From an uncultured Clostridiaceae bacterium (GTDB lineage: Bacteria; Bacillota; Clostridia; Peptostreptococcales; Natronincolaceae): a DNA stretch of 25,668 nucleotides. The position numbers were made by a program, and so were the translations under genes. Positions within the stretch are counted from its first letter, which is position 1; each line of letters opens with the position of its first letter. Shown in pieces: positions 20,281-25,668 of this stretch. A model generated the notes under the pieces. It had not been told where the DNA came from and ran no database searches. It saw only the letters and a program-made list of their open reading frames with translations. The stretch covers positions 1 through 25,668 of the forward strand of contig CAYLXY010000001.1 of NCBI GenBank assembly GCA_964387405.1, in the 5' to 3' direction.

Positions 20281-20393
20281 TGTCATTCTGAACGCAGTGA
20301 AGAATCTTAGGTCTTAAAAGCAAGATTCCTCGTTTCGCTCGAAATGACAATGAAATAGAGGGGTCGTCATCCTTTGCTTTGCTCAGGATGACA
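20281..20393. repeat. Cluster of three TGTC/CGTC-tagged palindromic repeat units
   Basis: 20281-20308 TGTCATTCTGAACGCAGTGAAGAATCTT; 20322-20349 inverted copy (revcomp TGTCATTTCGAGCGAAACGAGGAATCTT); 20366-20393 third unit with perfect GTCATCCT/AGGATGAC stem (revcomp TGTCATCCTGAGCAAAGCAAAGGATGAC). Confidence 0.85.
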
Positions 20394-20434
20394 GAGATTG
20401 AGTATGTTTAATTAGAAAGGAAGTGTGTTAGAAC

Positions 20435-21142
20435 ATGGTAATTTATCCAGCTATAGATATTAAAAATGGAAAATCTGTAATGTTAACCCAAGGAAAATTT
20501 GATGAAGAAAAGATATATTATGAAGATCCTAGACAAGTGGCGAAAATGTGGCAAGAAAAGGGGGCTAAGTTTTTACATATTGTGGACTTAGACGGTGCAT
20601 TAGAAGGGAAAAGCAAAAACCTTTCAATTATTAAGGAAATTGTTAAAGAAGTAAATATACCTATTCAATTAGGTGGAGGTATTAGAAGCTTACAAACAAT
20701 AAAAACATTAATAGATATTGGTGTAAATAGAGTCATTATTGGAACCAAAGCTATAGAAGATAAAGAAATGTTAAAAGAAGCAGTAGATATGTATGGGGAA
20801 AAGATTGTAGTAGGTATAGATGCTAAATCTGGCTATGTTGCAATGGATGCTTGGACTAAAACTAGTACAGTGGATGCTTTGGAATTTGCTAAAGAAATAG
20901 AATCTTTAGGAGTAAAAACTATTATATATACAGATATAGCAATGGATGGAATGTTAAAAGGACCTAATTTTGAGGCGACTAAAAAGATGAATGAAAGTGT
21001 ATCTATAGATCTTATAGCATCTGGTGGAGTATCTTCTGAAGATGATTTAAAGAAATTATCAGAGATTGGAGTGGCTGGAGCTATAGTTGGAAAAGCTCTC
21101 TATGAAGGGAAAATAGATTTAGCTAATTTAAAGGTGGTATAG
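20435..21142 (+). CDS. hisA: ProFAR isomerase
   Basis: 235 aa; YPAIDI, LHIVDLDGA, QLGGGIRS, VGIDA, YTDI, SGGV, VGKALY. Confidence 0.96.
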   Translation: MVIYPAIDIKNGKSVMLTQGKFDEEKIYYEDPRQVAKMWQEKGAKFLHIVDLDGALEGKSKNLSIIKEIVKEVNIPIQLGGGIRSLQTIKTLIDIGVNRVIIGTKAIEDKEMLKEAVDMYGEKIVVGIDAKSGYVAMDAWTKTSTVDALEFAKEIESLGVKTIIYTDIAMDGMLKGPNFEATKKMNESVSIDLIASGGVSSEDDLKKLSEIGVAGAIVGKALYEGKIDLANLKVV

Positions 21143-21145
21143 AAT

Positions 21146-21904
21146 ATGATAGAAAAAAGAATTATACCTTGCTTGGATATTGATAATGGAAGAGTAGTCA
21201 AGGGTGTAAACTTTGTAAACCTAGTAGATGCAGGGGATCCTGTTGAAATTGCTAAGGCTTATGATTTACAGGGTGCAGATGAACTAGTACTTTTAGATAT
21301 TAATGCAAGTAATGAAAATAGGGGTATATTGCTAGATGTAGTAAAAGAAATATCTTCTAATATATCCATACCTTTAGTAGTAGGGGGAGGTATTAAAAGT
21401 GTAGAGGATTGTAAACAAGTCCTTGAAAGCGGTGCTAATAAGATTTCCATTGGCTCAGCTGCTGTAGAAACACCTTCTCTTATTGTAGAGTGTGCAGAAG
21501 CTTTCGGTTCTTCTGCAATAGTTGTAGCTGTTGACGTAAAAGAAGATGAAGATGGTAATTATTATGTATATATAAAGGGTGGTAGGGAAAATACTGGACT
21601 TGAAGCGGTTGCTTGGGCAAAACAAGTAGCAGACTTGGGGGCTGGGGAAATTTTGCTTACTAGTATGGATAAGGATGGGACTAAAAGTGGCTATGATCTT
21701 GATATAACTAGAAAGATTAGTCAAGCTGTAAATGTTCCTATAATTGCCTCTGGTGGTGCTGGTAGATTAGAAGATTTTTATCAGGTATTTACAAAAGGAA
21801 AGGCAGATGCAGCTTTAGCAGCTTCCTTATTTCACTTTAAAGAAATTGTAATTGAAGATTTAAAAGAATATTTAACTAGTAAAGGAATTTATAAAAGAGG
21901 GTAG
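21146..21904 (+). CDS. hisF: Imidazole glycerol phosphate synthase, cyclase subunit
   Basis: 252 aa; [54 protein letters not shown]. Confidence 0.96.
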   Translation: MIEKRIIPCLDIDNGRVVKGVNFVNLVDAGDPVEIAKAYDLQGADELVLLDINASNENRGILLDVVKEISSNISIPLVVGGGIKSVEDCKQVLESGANKISIGSAAVETPSLIVECAEAFGSSAIVVAVDVKEDEDGNYYVYIKGGRENTGLEAVAWAKQVADLGAGEILLTSMDKDGTKSGYDLDITRKISQAVNVPIIASGGAGRLEDFYQVFTKGKADAALAASLFHFKEIVIEDLKEYLTSKGIYKRG

Positions 21905-21912
21905 GGATTGAA

Positions 21913-22536
21913 GTGGATAAAGTAAAAGATTTAAAGTTTGATGAAAAAGGTTTAATAGCAGCCATAGTGCAAGATACTAATACAAATGAAGTTCTAATGT
22001 TAGCTTATATGAATGCAGAATCTTTAAAGAAAACTTTAGAAACTGGAGAAACCTGGTTTTGGAGTCGCAGTAGACAAGAATTGTGGCATAAAGGGGCAAC
22101 TTCAGGTCATATTCAAAAAGTAAAAAATATAATTTATGATTGTGATGGAGATGCTCTTCTAGTTGAAGTAGAGCAGCATGGTGTAGCTTGTCATACAGGG
22201 GCTAAAAGTTGTTTTTTTAATGTTCTTTCTCAAGATGGAAATGAGGATAAGACTAGTTCAGATATAATGGAAAAATTATATGAGATTATTAGAGATAGAA
22301 AAGAAAATCCTAAGGAAGATTCCTACACAAATTATTTATTTAATGAAGGATTAGATAAAATTTTAAAAAAGGTAGGAGAAGAGGCAACAGAAGTTGTAAT
22401 AGCTGCTAAAAATCCTGATAAGGATGAGTTGATTTATGAAACGAGTGATTTATTATATCATTTATTAGTTTTATTAAAAGAGAAGGAGATTGCTCCTGGA
22501 GAAATTTTTGCAGAGCTAAACAAAAGATTTAAATAA
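21913..22536 (+). CDS. hisIE: Bifunctional PR-AMP cyclohydrolase / PR-ATP pyrophosphatase
   Basis: 207 aa, GTG start; [27 protein letters not shown] (HisI half); [19 protein letters not shown] (HisE half). Confidence 0.96.
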   Translation: MDKVKDLKFDEKGLIAAIVQDTNTNEVLMLAYMNAESLKKTLETGETWFWSRSRQELWHKGATSGHIQKVKNIIYDCDGDALLVEVEQHGVACHTGAKSCFFNVLSQDGNEDKTSSDIMEKLYEIIRDRKENPKEDSYTNYLFNEGLDKILKKVGEEATEVVIAAKNPDKDELIYETSDLLYHLLVLLKEKEIAPGEIFAELNKRFK

Positions 22537-22574
22537 TAATGCTAGAAGATGGGGCCAGAAATAGACTTGCTATA

Positions 22575-22620
22575 TGTCATTCTAAGACAACAGTATAAAC
22601 GGTACTTACGAAGAATCTTA
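22575..22620 (+). repeat. TGTC-tagged repeat unit with expanded spacer
   Basis: TGTCATTCT (22575-22583) and GAAGAATCTTA (22610-22620) match both ends of the 20281-20309 unit but are separated by a longer internal segment. Confidence 0.6.
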
Positions 22621-22649
22621 TTTTGTAGTTCAGGGGGAGGCGATAGATA

Positions 22650-23546
22650 ATGAATTTTGCAACTTATATGGTGGATAACATTGAAAAAATAGGCATAGTA
22701 AATAATGAAAAAACAAAGGTGTTGGACTTAGATAAATTATCAGACTTTGAAAATTTTGATAATATGCTTAGTTTAATAGAAGGTTGGAATGATAAATTCA
22801 ATAAGCTATTAGAAGAAGCTTTAAATAAGATGAATATATGGGAAGAAAAGGCTAGGAATACTGATCAAGTGAAGATGCTTGCACCTATTCCTAAATTAAA
22901 GAGAAATGTTATTTGTCTGGGTTTAAATTATAAAGATCATATAGAAGAATCACAATCAGCATTGAGATTAAAAATGAAACTACCAGAGTTTCCTATATAT
23001 TTCACAAAGATGCCTTTAAATCCTATAGGCACTGGTCAGTCTATTAACAGTCACTCACAGATTACCCAAGAGGTAGATTATGAAGTAGAACTGGCAGTAG
23101 TTATTGGTAAAAGTGGAATTGATATTAAGCCTGGGGAAGTAGAAAATCACATATTTGGATATACAATATTAAATGATATAACAGCAAGGGATCTGCAGCG
23201 TAATCATAAACAATGGGTTAGGGGCAAAAGCTTAGATACTTTTACAGCCATAGGACCTTGGATTACACACAAATCAGTAATTCCATTACCAGTAGAATTA
23301 AAATTATATTCTAAAGTAAATGGAGAGTTTAGACAAAATTCAAATACTAAAAATTTTATTTTTGATATTCCCTATATAATAAGTGAACTATCTAAAGGTA
23401 CAAGATTGGAAGCTGGGGATATAATTGCCACTGGTACGCCAGCAGGTGTAGGTATGGGTTTTGATCCTCCTAAGTATTTAAAATCAGGAGATCTTGTGGA
23501 GTGTTATATAGAAAATATTGGTAGCTTAACAAATCCTGTCATTTAG
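22650..23546 (+). CDS. Fumarylacetoacetate hydrolase family protein
   Basis: 298 aa; ICLGLNYKDH, FTK, VDYEVELAVVIGK, GYTILNDITARDLQ, GKSLDTF, GDIIATGTPAGVG; substrate unknown. Confidence 0.9.
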   Translation: MNFATYMVDNIEKIGIVNNEKTKVLDLDKLSDFENFDNMLSLIEGWNDKFNKLLEEALNKMNIWEEKARNTDQVKMLAPIPKLKRNVICLGLNYKDHIEESQSALRLKMKLPEFPIYFTKMPLNPIGTGQSINSHSQITQEVDYEVELAVVIGKSGIDIKPGEVENHIFGYTILNDITARDLQRNHKQWVRGKSLDTFTAIGPWITHKSVIPLPVELKLYSKVNGEFRQNSNTKNFIFDIPYIISELSKGTRLEAGDIIATGTPAGVGMGFDPPKYLKSGDLVECYIENIGSLTNPVI

Positions 23547-23572
23547 CAGATTAAATTTTATATGTGTATATT

Positions 23573-23616
23573 AAAAATAGTGAAGAATCTTAGGATTAAG
23601 ATTCTCCACTATTTTT
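23573..23616. terminator. Bidirectional terminator between the convergent FAH and LysM genes
   Basis: AAAAATAGTGAAGAATCTTA / TAAGATTCTCCACTATTTTT, a 20-bp stem with one mismatch and a 4-nt loop; A/T tails on both sides. Confidence 0.8.
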
Positions 23617-23620
23617 TATT

Positions 23621-24223
23621 TTACTTTGGAATGCAAATTACTTGACCTATTCTTAAAGCATTTGGATTAATACCTGGGTTAACTGCCATAATAGCATTTA
23701 CTGTGGTGTTAAATTTAATTGCAAGATGGTATAAAGTATCTCCAGCCTTAATTGTATAAGGGCTTGTTCCTGCTGGACAAGTATGTGGTGGTCTTGGTGG
23801 TTTAGTGCCACAATTTACACCAAGAGCAGTCCATGTTTGAACACCAACTATTCCATCAACGGCTATATGGGTATCCCTTTGGAAAGCCATTACAGCTGTC
23901 TGTGTTCTAGGACCAAAAACACCATCAATAGATCCAGGGTTGTAACCCTCATTTTTTAAAAGTTCTTGCAGATGTTGGACAGAAGGCCCTCGACTACCAA
24001 TTCTTAGTGTAGGACATGGCATTGTTGTAGGTGGCTGTGTAGATTCTATAGGGATACAAACTATTTGTCCTATAGATAATTTATCTGGATTAACTCCGGG
24101 GTTAGCCGCCACTAAAGCATCAAGTGATATGTTTTGAGCTTTTGCTATTTTATAGAAGGTATCCCCAGCTTTAATAGTGTATGGTGTTGTACCATTAGGG
24201 CAAGAATTTTGTTTATAGTACAT
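23621..24223 (-). CDS. LysM - PG_binding_1 - LysM peptidoglycan-binding protein (probably sporulation-related)
   Basis: 200 aa; two LysM repeats (YTIKAGDT...NPG.NP..L.IGQ..CIP) flanking a PG-binding domain (LRIGSRGPSVQHLQ...DGVFGPRT..AV.AFQ...DGIVG..TW); RBS AAGGAGGAGA on the minus strand at 24231-24240; no signal peptide apparent. Confidence 0.88.
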   Translation of the reverse strand: MYYKQNSCPNGTTPYTIKAGDTFYKIAKAQNISLDALVAANPGVNPDKLSIGQIVCIPIESTQPPTTMPCPTLRIGSRGPSVQHLQELLKNEGYNPGSIDGVFGPRTQTAVMAFQRDTHIAVDGIVGVQTWTALGVNCGTKPPRPPHTCPAGTSPYTIKAGDTLYHLAIKFNTTVNAIMAVNPGINPNALRIGQVICIPK

Positions 24224-24281
24224 AATTTAATCTCCTCCTTTATACTGTTGAATCAATACTAAAAAGTTTATAGTACACTAT

Positions 24282-24309
24282 ATACTATGAACAACTGGCA
24301 TTAGTAGTG
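24282..24309 (-). promoter_or_regulatory. Putative sigma-K/sigma-E-type (mother-cell) promoter for the LysM gene
   Basis: Minus strand reads CACT, 16 nt, CATAGTAT, matching the B. subtilis-type mACm-16-CATANNNT consensus at 3/4 and 5/5 fixed positions; about 60 nt upstream of the start. Confidence 0.4.
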
Positions 24310-24351
24310 TATAATATAAAATATAATATTAATTTAGAGGAGGAGCAAAGT

Positions 24352-25050
24352 GTGGTCAGTAATGTAGAAATAATTTTAAGATTACTCTTGGCAAGTGCTT
24401 TAGGTGGACTAATTGGAATGGAACGTGAAGCCAGTAATCGTCCTGCAGGCTTAAGAACCCATATTTTAGTTGCTGTAGGCTCTGCACTTATTATGCTGGT
24501 ATCTATAGATGGTTTTAGGGGAATCTCTTATAATGGAAGTGGTGCAGATCCTTCTAGACTAGCAGCACAAATAGTAACTGGTATAGGTTTTTTAGGTGCA
24601 GGGACTATTTTAACTAAAGGTTCTAGCATACATGGATTAACAACAGCTGCATCTTTATGGGTATGTGGAGGAATAGGCATAGCTATTGGAGGTGGATATT
24701 ATTTAGGTGGTGTTGTAACGGTTATTATTGTTTTATTTACTTTATCAAGATTATCAATTATGGAAAAAAATTTATTTAAACAAAGATACAGAATGTTTAT
24801 AGTAGACAGCATAGATAGAACTGGCTTAATTGGTGAGTTAGGGACCGTTTTTGGAGCTTGCAATATGAATATTAGGAGTATGGATATAAGTCATTATACA
24901 GAATTAGATGACTTGGAGTATATTAAAATTAAATTTTTACTTAGGGTACCTAGTAATTTCGAATCTAGTGGGCAATGTATTTTTGATAGTATTTATAAAG
25001 TTAAAGGTGTAAAAAAAGCAGAATGGGAAACTAAGAAAATATATGAATAA
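24352..25050 (+). CDS. MgtC/SapB family membrane protein with C-terminal ACT-like domain
   Basis: IGMERE..NRPAGLRTH, SRLAAQIVTGIGFLGAGTI, GLTTAASLW; start moved from the ORF-track 24307 to GTG 24352, which follows GAGGAGGAG (24337-24345). Confidence 0.9.
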   Translation: MVSNVEIILRLLLASALGGLIGMEREASNRPAGLRTHILVAVGSALIMLVSIDGFRGISYNGSGADPSRLAAQIVTGIGFLGAGTILTKGSSIHGLTTAASLWVCGGIGIAIGGGYYLGGVVTVIIVLFTLSRLSIMEKNLFKQRYRMFIVDSIDRTGLIGELGTVFGACNMNIRSMDISHYTELDDLEYIKIKFLLRVPSNFESSGQCIFDSIYKVKGVKKAEWETKKIYE

Positions 25051-25074
25051 AAGAAATCATTATTAGCCAGACTA
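25045..25074 (+). promoter_or_regulatory. Putative sigma-G (forespore) promoter
   Basis: GAATA (25045-25049), 18 nt, CAGACTA (25068-25074) versus consensus GHATR-18-CATXHTA (one mismatch); directly precedes the RBS AGGAGGT (25081-25087). Confidence 0.5.
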
Positions 25075-25095
25075 TGAAATAGGAGGTGGTTAATT

Positions 25096-25590
25096 ATGAA
25101 TATACAATTAACACAAAAAGAAAGATTGCTTTTAGAAGATCAAAAAGGTCATGAGGAAATGTGTATTAAGAAGTATACTGAATATGCAAATCAAACACAG
25201 GATCCACAGTTAAAACAAATGTTTCAAAAACATGCTCAACAAGAACAGGAACATTTAGACACAATTAATCAAATACTTAGTGGACAAGTTCCATCTATGC
25301 AAAGTCAACAGGGTGGAATGCAAAATAACCAAGGATTACAAAGCATGCAAAGTGGACAACAAAGTCAAGCTTCTAACATATCAGGAAGTTATAATGCTAA
25401 AGACAAAGACATGTGTACAGATCTACTAATGACAGAAAAATATGTCTCTGGTACATATGATATAACTATTTTTGAATGTGTAGACACTAATGTAAGGCAA
25501 GCACTTAATCATATTCAAAAAGAAGAGCAAGAACATGGGGAAGAAATATTTAATTATATGCAAAGTAATGGAATGTATACAGTAGAATAA
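25096..25590 (+). CDS. Ferritin-like (Coat_F/rubrerythrin-like) spore-associated protein
   Basis: 164 aa; two helical-hairpin halves, each E-x6-Y-x22-E-x2-H, joined by a Q/S/G/M-rich linker. Confidence 0.75.
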   Translation: MNIQLTQKERLLLEDQKGHEEMCIKKYTEYANQTQDPQLKQMFQKHAQQEQEHLDTINQILSGQVPSMQSQQGGMQNNQGLQSMQSGQQSQASNISGSYNAKDKDMCTDLLMTEKYVSGTYDITIFECVDTNVRQALNHIQKEEQEHGEEIFNYMQSNGMYTVE

Positions 25591-25611
25591 AACTATATTG
25601 GAAATGACTAT

Positions 25612-25650
25612 AAAAGCCTTGGAAATTCGACATAATTTTCAGGGCTTTTT
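25612..25650. terminator. Intrinsic terminator after the ferritin-like gene
   Basis: AAAAGCCTTGGAAATT / AATTTTCAGGGCTTTT stem (two G-U wobbles), 6-nt loop, T-run. Confidence 0.75.
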
Positions 25651-25668
25651 ACTATTTTAAAATATAAA

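Noticed and set aside
20394-20422. Possible hisH 3' remnant (AGA TTG AGT ATG TTT AAT TAG = RLSMFN*, loosely like the HisH-terminal LxNF)
   Set aside because: Too short and degenerate to distinguish from chance.
2169-21724. Ten short minus-strand ORFs (2169-2375, 4657-4872, 7031-7279, 10067-10396, 15883-16155, 16285-16641, 18886-19068, 19459-19731, 21259-21450, 21455-21724)
   Set aside because: All are antisense shadows of well-supported genes, with F/S/I/L-rich composition typical of reverse-complement reading and no recognisable motifs.
15395-22536. Absence of a histidinol-phosphate phosphatase gene, and the short HisG plus HisZ arrangement
   Set aside because: Both are normal for Firmicutes: the phosphatase is often unlinked, and short HisG requires HisZ.
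24307-24351. ORF-track N-terminal extension of MgtC (MYNIKYNINLEEEQS)
   Set aside because: It runs through AT-rich promoter sequence and the RBS itself; GTG 24352 is the better start.

Overview
AT-rich chromosomal window from an apparently spore-forming, clostridia-type Firmicute (inferred from gene content and sporulation-type promoter motifs). It has three parts. (1) 41-14973: a glycogen/maltodextrin cluster, pgm-pgi-malQ-glgP / glgB-glgC-glgD-glgA-pulA. (2) 14997-22536: a His T-box-controlled operon, hisZ-G-D-C-B-A-F-IE. (3) 22650-25590: an FAH-family hydrolase, a LysM/PG-binding/LysM protein, an MgtC/SapB protein and a ferritin-like Coat_F-type protein. No tRNA, rRNA, CRISPR or transposase is visible. 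The strongest observation is that hisH is absent from its usual slot between hisB and hisA, where a palindromic repeat cluster sits instead, while HisF keeps its catalytic residues but has lost residues needed for HisH coupling (D98N, Q123S, T78V, N103G in T. maritima numbering). This suggests a glutaminase-independent, free-ammonia IGP synthase. Other points are a probable AUA start codon for glgA, several distinct REP-like repeat types in intergenic spaces (one nested, one reused as a terminator), an eroded substrate loop in MalQ, and a complete rubrerythrin-like di-metal motif in a putative sigma-G-driven spore protein. Reference residue numbering is from recall and needs confirming by alignment.
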